DNA of 64,000 bases from Candidatus Kaiserbacteria bacterium (GCA_016432285.1 CP066682.1:528428-592427), one strand, 5' to 3'. Shown: positions 26,617 to 35,950, counted from the stretch's first letter. Made by a program: numbers and translations. Notes: generated by a model from the sequence alone, not told the origin.

Positions 26617-27438
26617 CTACACGCCGCACAGTTGCCGCGCTTCTTCGAGCACTTGTGGAATACGCGCCGGCTTCACGCCGTACTCCTGGAGCACATGCGG
26701 CGCAGAAACGTGCTTGCAGAGGACGACGCGGTTTTCGAGAAGCCGGTGCTTCTCGCCTTCGGAGAGCGTGGTGAGACACGTCAGGGGATGCACGCCGCCT
26801 TCCTCGATCATTTGCATGAGATTGCGCCCCTGCGGGTAGTCCCAGCCCATGAGCGTGAGATTGGCGCACTGCGAATACCGGATTGCGTTGGAGGTGAAGG
26901 AGGTGTTGGTCACGAGCCATCCTTCGTCAACGTGCGACTGCCCATGCGCTAGTTTCAAGTCCTCGTACCGCGCGTGCACGTAGAGCGCGTCTTTGATGTC
27001 GGTCTTGCCGCCCGGCTCGTTATGGAATTTGGCCTCGATGCCGATCCGCTTCCCGCCCTTTTCGGCGAGCACGTCCACTTCGTGTTGCGCGCACCGCCCC
27101 GAAAGGGCGACGCCGGTCCGGGCGCTCCAGCCATGCGCGCGCATCACCTCCGCTAGGAATTGCTCGAAGGGAAATCCGGAGGGGCCAAGCTCGAAGAGAG
27201 CGCGCTTCACTGAGTAGCGCGCGGCCACGTGGTGCGGCTCCGTAGTGCGCAGCAAATGGTACGCATGCCGATAGATTTGCTCGGTCGTCATGCCGGGCTT
27301 GAGCTCCTCCAGCACGCGCGCCGCGATCTTCGCGCGCGTCGTGGAAGAAGCGCCGGAGTGCTCAAGCGAGTGCTCGAGCTTCACCGGGTCGAAGGGCTCC
27401 TGCTCGCCGTCGGCCTTCGTGATGAGCACGTTCTTCAC
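26617..27438 (-). CDS. ATP-cone domain fused to a restriction-endonuclease-like (PD-(D/E)XK) domain
   Basis: N-terminal ATP-cone pattern (MKNVLITKADGEQEPFDPVKLEHSL...). Then VDVLAEKGGKRIGIEAK (D...ExK). GTG start at 27438 chosen so the protein begins at the ATP-cone and does not overlap mnmA. The ORF-track start at 27600 would overlap mnmA by 128 nt. Confidence 0.6.
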   Translation of the reverse strand: MKNVLITKADGEQEPFDPVKLEHSLEHSGASSTTRAKIAARVLEELKPGMTTEQIYRHAYHLLRTTEPHHVAARYSVKRALFELGPSGFPFEQFLAEVMRAHGWSARTGVALSGRCAQHEVDVLAEKGGKRIGIEAKFHNEPGGKTDIKDALYVHARYEDLKLAHGQSHVDEGWLVTNTSFTSNAIRYSQCANLTLMGWDYPQGRNLMQMIEEGGVHPLTCLTTLSEGEKHRLLENRVVLCKHVSAPHVLQEYGVKPARIPQVLEEARQLCGV

Positions 27439-27472
27439 TCCTCTATTGTATCTCGCGCAGATGCGAATCTTC

Positions 27473-28522
27473 TCACCTACGCTGTGGACGAACAGTTCCT
27501 CCTCCCACAATTTCGTCACCACGATAAAGTGCGATGCTCTGCCCCGGCGTTGCGATGCGCGGTTCGTCGAAGCGAACGACTTTGTCTGCGAATACTGCAC
27601 CGACGGGCTCCTCTCGGTACCTCACAACCGCGCTGATCGCGGCGCCATTCTCCGGCGGGTCGTCGACCCAGCTCACGTTCTCGATCTCGGCTTCCTGTGT
27701 CGCCGCATCCGTTTTGCGCGACGAGACGGTGATCGTATTGTTCGACACATCTATGGCAACGACGTAATGCGGTACGTGAGTGTCGCCCTTCTGCACTAAA
27801 AAGCCATGCCGCTGGCCGAGCGTGTAGAGTGCGGCGCCGCTGTGGTTACCGATCACGTTGCCTCGCCCATCAAGGACATCGCCCGGCTTTAACGCGATGT
27901 AGCGCGAGAGAAATTCGGGAATCGACACGTCACCCACAAAGCAAAGCCCTTGGCTGTCGTGCTTTTGTGCGACCGGGAGATCGCGCCGCCGCGCGTCGAC
28001 GCGCACTTCACTTTTCGTGAGGGCGCCCACCGGAAACAGGGTGCGCTCGAGATCCTCCTTCGTCAGCCGATACAGAAAATACGACTGATCTTTCGCCGGA
28101 TCCACCCCTTTTCGGAGGGTGAGGGATTTCGTAAATCGATCATCGCTGATGCGGGCGTAGTGACCGGTCGCGATTTTGTCGGCGCCGCTCTCGTGTGCCC
28201 ACCGTGCGAAGTGACCAAACTTGATCGAGCGATTGCAGAGTACGTCGGGATTCGGCGTGATGCCGCGCTCGTAGTCGCGCACCATTTCCTCCACCACTTC
28301 TCGTTTGTATTCCTCGGAGAGGTCGATCTCTTTGAAAGGTATCTCGAGCGCGGCGCATACGCGCATCGCGTCGAGCCGATCCTCCCGCCACGTGCATTCG
28401 GTAAACTCCGGCTGCCAGATTTTTATGAACGCGCCAACGACCTCGTATCCCGCATCTTTGAGGAGCGCTGCCGAGACGGCGCTATCGACACCGCCCGAAA
28501 GCCCGACAAACACTTTTTGCAT
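27473..28522 (-). CDS. mnmA: tRNA-specific 2-thiouridylase
   Basis: PP-loop (VGLSGGVDSAV) and overall MnmA pattern. Confidence 0.9.
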   Translation of the reverse strand: MQKVFVGLSGGVDSAVSAALLKDAGYEVVGAFIKIWQPEFTECTWREDRLDAMRVCAALEIPFKEIDLSEEYKREVVEEMVRDYERGITPNPDVLCNRSIKFGHFARWAHESGADKIATGHYARISDDRFTKSLTLRKGVDPAKDQSYFLYRLTKEDLERTLFPVGALTKSEVRVDARRRDLPVAQKHDSQGLCFVGDVSIPEFLSRYIALKPGDVLDGRGNVIGNHSGAALYTLGQRHGFLVQKGDTHVPHYVVAIDVSNNTITVSSRKTDAATQEAEIENVSWVDDPPENGAAISAVVRYREEPVGAVFADKVVRFDEPRIATPGQSIALYRGDEIVGGGTVRPQRR

Positions 28523-28539
28523 GCGGGCACACTACCACA

Positions 28540-29571
28540 TCAGCTCCCGAGATACAGACGTTTCTTTCGCAGGTGCTCCTCGTACGTTTTCGAGTAGTAC
28601 GTGACGCCATTGCGATCGGCAAGATAAAAGAGGTAGTTGCTTTTGATTGGATCCGCTGCGGCGCGCAGAGAATCGAGCGAGGGGCTCCCGATCGCGGTGG
28701 GCGGCAGGCCTTTCCGTTTGTACGTATTGTATGGGTCATCGTCGGCGAGATCGGCGACCGTAAGATCGAAGCTCCCCTTCCCCAGCGTGTACAAAAAGGC
28801 CGCGTCAACCTGCAACAGCATGCCCCGATCGATCCGATTCCACAGCACGCCCGCGATCCGCCGCCGATCCTCGCTGTTGCGCGCCTCTCGCTCCACGAGC
28901 GAAGCCATGATCACGAGATCCTCGAGCGACCTTCCCGAAGCGTCGATCAACGGCTGTATCTCCGCAGTACGCGCGTCGAAATTCTGTCGCATCGTTTGGA
29001 GGATCAACTCGTCGGTCGCGTTGGGGAGAAAGAAGTACGTATCGGGAAAGAGAAAGCCTTCGAGCGGCTGCGCGTTGCGGAGAAAGCGCTCCTCGTCGAA
29101 GCGCTGCAAGTGCGAGAAAAGATCCGCCATCTCTTTCGTCATCGCGCCTTCGACGACGCGGAAGCGCTCCGGCTCGAGACCGTACGCACCGAGGGAGACC
29201 GCGCGCGCGATCGAAAAGAGACTCCGCGGCTGCTTGAAAAGATAGTCGCCTGCGTGCACCTTACCCTCCGCGCCAGTTACCTTCATCAGGAGTTTGAGTG
29301 CGGTAGCTGAGCGTACCACCCTCATCGCCTCCAACGTTGCCGCGGCATCAGAAAGTGACGCTCCCTGCTCGATCGTAACGAGAAGCCCCGTCGGAAAATC
29401 CTCGGGCGGGCGGATGAGCGCCGCATACGCGTAGCCGCCGAGGAAGCCCACCAGAATCAACGCGATCAGACTGCGCCGATTGGCGTGCTTCTGCCAGCGC
29501 TGCGCGAGCGTCTGCCTCAAGAGCGAAGCACGATCAAACACACGCGAGAGTATGGCGAGAAAAGATTGCAT
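28540..29571 (-). CDS. mltG: Endolytic murein transglycosylase MltG (YceG family)
   Basis: N-terminal TM helix, then a YceG-like domain (…FLFPDTYFF…, …YNTYKRKGLPPTAIGSP…). Confidence 0.85.
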   Translation of the reverse strand: MQSFLAILSRVFDRASLLRQTLAQRWQKHANRRSLIALILVGFLGGYAYAALIRPPEDFPTGLLVTIEQGASLSDAAATLEAMRVVRSATALKLLMKVTGAEGKVHAGDYLFKQPRSLFSIARAVSLGAYGLEPERFRVVEGAMTKEMADLFSHLQRFDEERFLRNAQPLEGFLFPDTYFFLPNATDELILQTMRQNFDARTAEIQPLIDASGRSLEDLVIMASLVEREARNSEDRRRIAGVLWNRIDRGMLLQVDAAFLYTLGKGSFDLTVADLADDDPYNTYKRKGLPPTAIGSPSLDSLRAAADPIKSNYLFYLADRNGVTYYSKTYEEHLRKKRLYLGS

Positions 29572-29580
29572 GGAAGTGCG

Positions 29581-31002
29581 CTACTTCGGCAGGTTCGGCG
29601 GCGGCGCAGCCTTCTTCGAAGGAATGCGCTGGAGGCCGGGCGATTTGATCGCACCGGAGACGGGGTGCCAAAGGCTCGCGAGAATCTCCGTCGACATGAT
29701 GTTGTGCGGTATCACCCACTTGCCCATGAAGGTGTTGCGGCGGCGGTAGCAGTCAAAGAAACGCCGTGCGTGAAGATCCCACCGCATATCCCAGAGATCT
29801 TGCCACGGATAGTCGAAGGGCGTGTGCCAGCGGCGCGGCCGGAGCTGGTTGGAGAATTGCGGATTGGCGAAGGGGCGCCAGATAAAGCGCATCTGGAACC
29901 AGCCGTGGGAGCCGAAAAGCTCCGGCGGCGCGATGTACACGCCTCGAAGACTCACGCTAAAGGGGTACTTACCCATGTTGCGGTCCATGGAGCGGATGAG
30001 CTCGGTCTGGCGATACTGTTGAATACGCACGTAACTTCGCCACTTGTCTTTCTGAATGTCGCCGACGGTCTCGAGACGGATCTTATCGATTTCCTCTTTG
30101 ATGAGACTCGTATAGAGACCTTCGGTCTCCCACCATCGTCCGTTCTTTTTGCGGCGATAGTCTTTGTTGGGCGTCATGAGGATCTGGAGCCAGATCTGCT
30201 CCTGCGGCTTCATGCTGCTCAAAAATTCGATCACGGTCGCGAGCGGATCGACTTTGAACTCCTCTTTCGGATCCTTGTCGAGCTCGTAGTCGATATATGT
30301 CTTCAAGGGATACGCGTCGCTGCGCGGTTCGTAGCGGTGATCGGTGGCGTAGACCGTCTCGCGCTTCGGGTCGTACACGTATTTCATCGCGTAATCCTCG
30401 GCCTCCACGATTTCGACTTCCGGATACTGCGAGTAGATCGCCGCCTCGACGTTGCTACGCCAGTAATCCCACGTCCAGATATAAAACTTCACCTCGCCGC
30501 CAAAGGAGCACAGCTCCAGGGACCATACGGGATACATCTGCCCCTTCCACACGCGGTGGTAGAAGGTGGTCTCACCCGATTGGGCCCAGAGGTGCGAGAG
30601 AGCGACCTCCATACCGCGGGGCGATTTGACGAGATCGCGCGGCATCTTCACCTCGAGCAGGATCGGATGCTTGTGCGCGAGAAAATCCGACCGGACGTAC
30701 CACAGCCACGCCTTCCACCCGCCCGCGAGCGCTACCGGGAAAACCCACAGCGGCGAGGTGCCCACCACCCAGGCCAAGGTAAAGAGAAAGAAATCCGGGA
30801 TGAGTCGCGCGAGCACAGCGAGGAGCCCAAGGAAGACCATCGAAAGGAAGATGCCCCGCGAGATTCCCATGAGGTTCCCGACCACACCCTCGATGACATT
30901 GTCCCAATTGAGGGAAATGAGATCGCTCACCAGCGAGCGTGGTACAGCGGTCGTGATTGCCTCCGGGCGATCTTCGCCGACGCCGGGAATACTGAGTGCC
31001 AT
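29581..31002 (-). CDS. Hypothetical Trp-rich polytopic membrane protein (473 aa)
   Basis: 2-3 N-terminal TM helices, then a large domain unusually rich in W/Y/R. No recognised family. Confidence 0.5.
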   Translation of the reverse strand: MALSIPGVGEDRPEAITTAVPRSLVSDLISLNWDNVIEGVVGNLMGISRGIFLSMVFLGLLAVLARLIPDFFLFTLAWVVGTSPLWVFPVALAGGWKAWLWYVRSDFLAHKHPILLEVKMPRDLVKSPRGMEVALSHLWAQSGETTFYHRVWKGQMYPVWSLELCSFGGEVKFYIWTWDYWRSNVEAAIYSQYPEVEIVEAEDYAMKYVYDPKRETVYATDHRYEPRSDAYPLKTYIDYELDKDPKEEFKVDPLATVIEFLSSMKPQEQIWLQILMTPNKDYRRKKNGRWWETEGLYTSLIKEEIDKIRLETVGDIQKDKWRSYVRIQQYRQTELIRSMDRNMGKYPFSVSLRGVYIAPPELFGSHGWFQMRFIWRPFANPQFSNQLRPRRWHTPFDYPWQDLWDMRWDLHARRFFDCYRRRNTFMGKWVIPHNIMSTEILASLWHPVSGAIKSPGLQRIPSKKAAPPPNLPK

Positions 31003-31222
31003 GCTCTTAGTGTAGCATCACGAAAATTGAAACGGCTCCCGTGAGGGAGCCGTTGTTCATTAGTGACTATTGGAAGCCGAGAATACCTCGCGGCTTTGCC
31101 GCGAGGTTGGGAGGCTGACAGATTTGAGGCGGCGGTGGCCGCCTCGCCTTCCAAAAAAACAGCCCGGTGTCGGCCGCACAATGCTCCGCGGCTTGCCGCG
31201 GAGATGTGACGGACGACCTGTT

Positions 31223-32245
31223 TTATTTTGCGAGCGAGTATCTGCCGTCGGGCTGTCGCGTAAACATGGAGTTCTGCAAATTGACGGCGATCGTCGCGTC
31301 TTTGACGTAGCGTTCGCGCTTGACGCGATCCACGATCTCATCGCGCGTGAGAGGCCCTTCTCGATTGAGGATGCCGCGGATCACTTCGCGCACGACGCCC
31401 GGCTCGTATCCCCATTCTTTGAGGGCGTAGAGGCCACGGCCCACGAGCACGAAACGTCCGTCCTTGATGAGCTCGTTGTGGGTCGTCGCCGGATGAGCCT
31501 TGCGAGTGAAAAGCTTCTCGATACCCTTGGCGACCTCGATGAAGTGCATCGGCGAGCCGTGACGCTTCAGGGTGAGGTAGGCGAAGTCGCGCGTGTTCTT
31601 GATGCGCACGTGGGGGGATTCCATCCTGCCCCATTCGCCGAGCGGATTTTTGCCAAGCCGTTTCGAAATCGTCAGCCAACGCACCGTCGTGTCGGCGCCG
31701 CGATTTTTAATTCCCTCCTGCTTCAGATATTTCGTGAAGAGTTCAATGAATTCCTCTTCCGGCGTGAGGCGGTGCGGCTCGATGGACTCGTACAAATTGG
31801 TGAGCGCCCGCTCGATCGCGTCGGCGAGCGTCTCATCGATGTGCCAGCGCGTGCGGAAGTTGGCGTCTTCGCGCCGGTCTTCAAAATGGTGTCCAACGGT
31901 GAGGAGGAAGGTAACGTGGTTGCGCTCGGTGTCGCTCTTGGGGACGTGTTTGTGGATGGTTTCCTCCGCCACGACGCCCCCGAGCTCGTGGAGCGCTTGT
32001 TTAAGACCCTCCAAATGCTGGAGGGCTTTCTGGTACGCCTCGGATTCGCGAATCTGCGCGAGGCTGTGGTTTTCGATTTGGCGAATTCGCTCCCTGGTGA
32101 TGCCGTACTCCTGCCCGATCGCGTCGAGCGTGCGGCTCTCGCCCTTTTGGTTGAGGCCGAAACGGTCGGTGAGAACCTTCCGCGATCGCTCGGGAAGGTC
32201 GGCAAGGAGCTCTTTCGTTACGTTTTTGGGGGAAAAGGTAAGCAT
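31223..32245 (-). CDS. Sigma-70 region-4 domain fused to a HARE-HTH-like C-terminal domain
   Basis: N-terminal LPERSRKVLTDRFGL...LDAIGQEYGITRERIRQIENHSLAQIR (region 4.2-like). C-terminal ...DGRFVLVGRGLYALKEWGY (HARE-HTH hallmark, as in RpoE delta). Confidence 0.55.
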   Translation of the reverse strand: MLTFSPKNVTKELLADLPERSRKVLTDRFGLNQKGESRTLDAIGQEYGITRERIRQIENHSLAQIRESEAYQKALQHLEGLKQALHELGGVVAEETIHKHVPKSDTERNHVTFLLTVGHHFEDRREDANFRTRWHIDETLADAIERALTNLYESIEPHRLTPEEEFIELFTKYLKQEGIKNRGADTTVRWLTISKRLGKNPLGEWGRMESPHVRIKNTRDFAYLTLKRHGSPMHFIEVAKGIEKLFTRKAHPATTHNELIKDGRFVLVGRGLYALKEWGYEPGVVREVIRGILNREGPLTRDEIVDRVKRERYVKDATIAVNLQNSMFTRQPDGRYSLAK

Positions 32246-32400
32246 GTTTGACTCGGGTTTGTTCCCGTGTTTTGCGTTATATCAAGCATACGATGAGCTG
32301 TCAAATCCTAGCGATTTCGGATATCCCAATCCACAGGGTATCCGCCGATTCGGCGATTTCCTTCCGGCCGCACAAAGGTCGACCGTGCTACTATCAGCCC

Positions 32401-33789
32401 ATGGCAGAGAAATCCGTGCGCGTGCCACCCCAAGACGTGGAGATGGAAAAGGCACTTCTCGGCGCGCTCCTCCTGAGCCAAAACGCAATCTACGAAGTAG
32501 TGGACATCGTCGGCGTCGACTCCTTCTACGCCGGCAAGCATCGCGTCATTTTTGACGCCATGCTCGCCTTGCACACCAAGGGTGAGCCGATCGACGTAGT
32601 TACGCTCTCCGCGAAACTAAAGGAGCGAAAGCAACTCCAGGAGATTGGCGGCGCGGCTTACCTCTCCGAGCTCGCGGGCAGCGCAGCCTCCCCCGGCAGC
32701 GCCCGACACTACGCACAGGTGGTCCAGACCAAATTCGTGCTGCGCTCGCTCATCAACGCCGCCGACACCATCGGCGAGCTCGGCTTTCAAGAGGATCGCG
32801 ACATCGAAGAAATTCTTGATGAGGCGCAGTCAGCCGTCTTCGCCGTGTCGCAGGCGCCGATGCTTCGCTCCTTCAGCGAGATCAAGGAGGAGCTCACCGA
32901 AGCATGGGAGCGGCTCGAGCACCTCCAAAAGCACACCGCCTCGATCCGCGGCGTCCCGACCGGCTTCCCGCAGCTCGACAATCTACTGGCGGGCCTTCAG
33001 AAGTCGGATCTCATCATCCTGGCTGCGCGCCCCAGTATGGGTAAGACAGCGCTCGCGCTCGACATCGCGCGGCAGAGCGCCACGAAGCACGGCACGCCGG
33101 TCGGCATCTTCTCGCTCGAAATGAGCTCGCAGCAGCTCGTCGATCGTATGCTCGCGGCGCAGGCGGGCGTCAATTCATGGCGATTGCGCACCGGCCGCAT
33201 CAAGGACGAAGACGAGTTCGAGCGCTTGCAGGAAGGCATGAGCGTGCTCTCGGAAGCTCCCATTTTCATCGACGACAAGCCGTCGACTACCGTGCTCTCG
33301 ATGCGATCCGTCGCGCGCCGTCTCAAATCCGAAAAAGGTCTCGGGCTCATCATCGTCGACTACCTCCAGCTCATCACTCCGACGCATGCGCGGGGCAGCG
33401 ACAACCTCGTGCAGCAGGTAACGGAGATCTCGCGCTCGCTAAAGGCCATGGCCCGCGAGCTCGAAGTGCCGGTCTTAGCGCTCTCGCAGCTCTCGCGCGC
33501 GGTGGAGCAGCGTCGCGGCCGGCCTCGCCTCTCGGATTTGCGCGATTCCGGCTCGATCGAGCAAGACGCCGACGTCGTGATGTTCATCCACCGCGACGAC
33601 AAGATGAACGACAACTCCGACCGGCCGGGTATCGCAGAGATCCTCATCGAAAAGCACCGTAACGGCCCGGTGGGCAAGATAGACCTCAAGTTTGACGAAG
33701 AAAGGACTACCTTTATCACGATCGACAAAAGCGACTTCGGCGACTTCACGCCCGAAGCGGAGGTCGAGGAGGAACAGGCCCCCTTCTGA
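32401..33789 (+). CDS. dnaB: Replicative DNA helicase DnaB
   Basis: DnaB N-terminal domain and RecA-like core (Walker A ARPSMGKTA). ATG at 32401. Confidence 0.9.
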   Translation: MAEKSVRVPPQDVEMEKALLGALLLSQNAIYEVVDIVGVDSFYAGKHRVIFDAMLALHTKGEPIDVVTLSAKLKERKQLQEIGGAAYLSELAGSAASPGSARHYAQVVQTKFVLRSLINAADTIGELGFQEDRDIEEILDEAQSAVFAVSQAPMLRSFSEIKEELTEAWERLEHLQKHTASIRGVPTGFPQLDNLLAGLQKSDLIILAARPSMGKTALALDIARQSATKHGTPVGIFSLEMSSQQLVDRMLAAQAGVNSWRLRTGRIKDEDEFERLQEGMSVLSEAPIFIDDKPSTTVLSMRSVARRLKSEKGLGLIIVDYLQLITPTHARGSDNLVQQVTEISRSLKAMARELEVPVLALSQLSRAVEQRRGRPRLSDLRDSGSIEQDADVVMFIHRDDKMNDNSDRPGIAEILIEKHRNGPVGKIDLKFDEERTTFITIDKSDFGDFTPEAEVEEEQAPF

Positions 33790-33794
33790 ACGGC

Positions 33795-34391
33795 ATGGAC
33801 CCGATCGAGCGGCTCGCCGCTATCTTCGAGCGCTTTCCGGGCATCGGTCCGCGACAGGCCGGCCGCTTTGTGCAGTTTCTCCTGCGCGCTTCCCCAAGCG
33901 TCCGGAAAGATTTGATCGATTCGATCGCGAGTCTCTCAAAAGGCGTGAAGCTGTGCCCGCAGTGCTTCCGCCACTTTGTCGGCGCTGAAAAAATCTGCTC
34001 GCTGTGCGTGGCGACGCGGGATGATTCCTTACTCGCCGTCGTTGCGAGCGACGCGGATCTTGCCGCGCTCGAGGGGAGCGGCATGTTCAAGGGCCGTTAC
34101 TTCGTGCTCGGCGGCACGATCTCGCTCGCGTCGGAAAAACTGAAGGGTCTTCGGGTGCAGCAGCTTCTCGAGACGCTTCGCTCCCGTGAAGCCCTCAAAG
34201 AGATTGTGCTTGCCTTCCCAGCGAATCCCGAGGGCGACATCACCGCGATCCGCATCAAAGAGGAGCTCGCATCCGTGGCAGCGGAGCGCGACGTCAAAAT
34301 CACCTCACTCGGCCGCGGACTCTCGACCGGCTCGGAATTGGAGTATGCCGACCCCGACACGATCAAGAGCGCCCTGGAGGGTCGGCACTAG
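33795..34391 (+). CDS. recR: Recombination protein RecR
   Basis: HhH N-terminus, C4 zinc finger (CPQC...CSLC) and Toprim domain. Confidence 0.9.
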   Translation: MDPIERLAAIFERFPGIGPRQAGRFVQFLLRASPSVRKDLIDSIASLSKGVKLCPQCFRHFVGAEKICSLCVATRDDSLLAVVASDADLAALEGSGMFKGRYFVLGGTISLASEKLKGLRVQQLLETLRSREALKEIVLAFPANPEGDITAIRIKEELASVAAERDVKITSLGRGLSTGSELEYADPDTIKSALEGRH

Positions 34392-34447
34392 CGCCCTGTA
34401 CTCGAATGTGATGTAGTGTCGGCGGGTCAACCATAGGGAGAAAACCC

Positions 34448-34795
34448 GTGACCGAACATATCGCGAATCGGCGTTACATCGGCCGCCTCATACTGGAAGA
34501 GAAGCTGTCAGACCTATCGCTCGCCGCCCTCGTAACCGCCGGCAGTCTGCTCGCTCTGCTCCTCGGTCTTGTTTACCGCGCCGCTCCGCAGGGAGGACCG
34601 TTCTCGAGCGAGGATGCCTTGTTGGTGCTTCTGGTGATTGTCTTCGCGATCGTCTTGTTCATTGTTCTGACGGCCGACTACCATATCACCAAGTACCGCG
34701 TGAAGAGCGGACGCTTCGCCGACGGTTCCGACCAACACGAGTGCCTGCTCCTTGAGTTGGCGAAGTATCGGCTTGAGCGCAACTTGCTCTACTGA
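34448..34795 (+). CDS. Hypothetical small membrane protein
   Basis: Two hydrophobic helices, 115 aa. Confidence 0.35.
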   Translation: MTEHIANRRYIGRLILEEKLSDLSLAALVTAGSLLALLLGLVYRAAPQGGPFSSEDALLVLLVIVFAIVLFIVLTADYHITKYRVKSGRFADGSDQHECLLLELAKYRLERNLLY

Positions 34796-34805
34796 GCAGA
34801 TCGCC

Positions 34806-34852
34806 ACAAAAAAATGGCCGCACGGCGAAATCCGGCGGCCATTTTCATTTTC
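34806..34852. terminator. Bidirectional rho-independent terminator
   Basis: AAAAAAATGGCCGC-acggcgaaatcc-GCGGCCATTTTCATTTTCT. Confidence 0.55.
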
Positions 34853-34860
34853 TCGTTTGA

Positions 34861-35253
34861 CTACATCTGCGGCGGCAGGTTGTCTCCCCTACCGTATCGC
34901 GCGTTCAGCGCATCGATGATCGCATTGATGCTCTCAAAAGTAGTGGCGGTGTGGTGCTCGTCTTTCTCACCTCCATCCTCCGCGACACCGTTACCTGCTT
35001 GCGCGATGAAATACTCGAGATTGTCAAAGGTCTGATTGCATTCGGCCTCTGTGTCCGGACCCTTTGAGAGCGCCTTCAAATCAGCGACTACCTGCGCACG
35101 CTTTTGGGCGAGAGCTTCGGCCGATGGCACGGCGAGTGAAAGGCCGTGAGATTCGAGAGTGCGCGTGTTCTGGAGTCCAAGCAGGTGCCGCTCGGAAATG
35201 TCGCGCTCGCTTTCTTGTGGGGCTCTCCGATCGAAACGCTCCGACGAGCCCAT
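34861..35253 (-). CDS. Hypothetical acidic protein (130 aa) immediately downstream of rplU
   Basis: ORF continues after the rplU stop (35256) and ends at a strong terminator. Composition looks protein-like, unlike the R-rich spurious upstream part of the same ORF. Confidence 0.4.
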   Translation of the reverse strand: MGSSERFDRRAPQESERDISERHLLGLQNTRTLESHGLSLAVPSAEALAQKRAQVVADLKALSKGPDTEAECNQTFDNLEYFIAQAGNGVAEDGGEKDEHHTATTFESINAIIDALNARYGRGDNLPPQM

Positions 35254-35255
35254 AC

Positions 35256-35576
35256 TTATGGAAGCGCGGTGATGCGCACTTTGGTGAATGGCTGGCGATG
35301 TCCGCGCTTGACGAAGTGGCGGCTTTTCTGGCGATAGCGGATCACCGTAACCTTGGCGCTGCGGCCCGCCTCGATCAGCTCTCCTGTCACTTTCGCGCCG
35401 CTGATGTAGGGCGCGCCCACCTTGGTCTCGGAGCCGTCGTCGGTGAGGAGGACCTTGTCGAAGGTGATCGTCTCTCCCTTTTCGGAAACGTCGGCGAGCT
35501 TTTCCACGCTCAAAACGCTGTCTTTCGTAACAACGTACTGCTTGCCGCCGGTCTCGATGATCGCAATCTTGGCCAT
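35256..35576 (-). CDS. rplU: 50S ribosomal protein L21
   Basis: MAKIAIIETGGKQYVVTKDSVL... L21. Confidence 0.9.
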   Translation of the reverse strand: MAKIAIIETGGKQYVVTKDSVLSVEKLADVSEKGETITFDKVLLTDDGSETKVGAPYISGAKVTGELIEAGRSAKVTVIRYRQKSRHFVKRGHRQPFTKVRITALP

Positions 35577-35645
35577 GAAGTGCGCGCACTATAGTCGATT
35601 GCGACATTTTATGCAATAGTCAAGGCCGCACAGGAGGGCAAGGTC

Positions 35646-35894
35646 ATGTTTGTGCGAAGTGGAGACTACTTACTCGGGGAGGCGCCGCAACCGCCTGCCA
35701 AAAAGACGTCGCGCGCGGCGATCGTCATCCTGCTTTTCTGCCTCGCCGTCGGCAGCGTGTTGTGGTTTGCCTCCTTCAGTTTTGCACTTGAAGGCAGCAT
35801 CCGGTCCGAGGCATTCCTCAAAATCGGGACGATCATCGCCCTCATTGGCACGACCGTCTTCTTCGTGGATTTCTGGTTCGCGAAGACGCAGTAA
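35646..35894 (+). CDS. Hypothetical small membrane protein
   Basis: Two TM helices, 82 aa. Confidence 0.3.
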   Translation: MFVRSGDYLLGEAPQPPAKKTSRAAIVILLFCLAVGSVLWFASFSFALEGSIRSEAFLKIGTIIALIGTTVFFVDFWFAKTQ

Positions 35895-35950
35895 GCAGGG
35901 GCCCGGCAGCATCACGTTGCCGGGCCCTCGTTATTCGAAGATTGGAAAAT

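Noticed and set aside
27439-27600. The longer GTG-start version of the ATP-cone nuclease ORF.
   Set aside because: It would overlap mnmA by 128 nt and adds an Arg-rich low-complexity N-terminus. The in-frame GTG at 27438 begins exactly at the ATP-cone consensus.
35254-35616. N-terminal 120 aa of ORF 34861-35616, overlapping rplU in another frame.
   Set aside because: Extremely Arg-rich (RDRRQAVRCYERQRFERGKARRRFRK...). It overlaps the well-supported rplU. Only the part downstream of rplU was kept, as a low-confidence gene.
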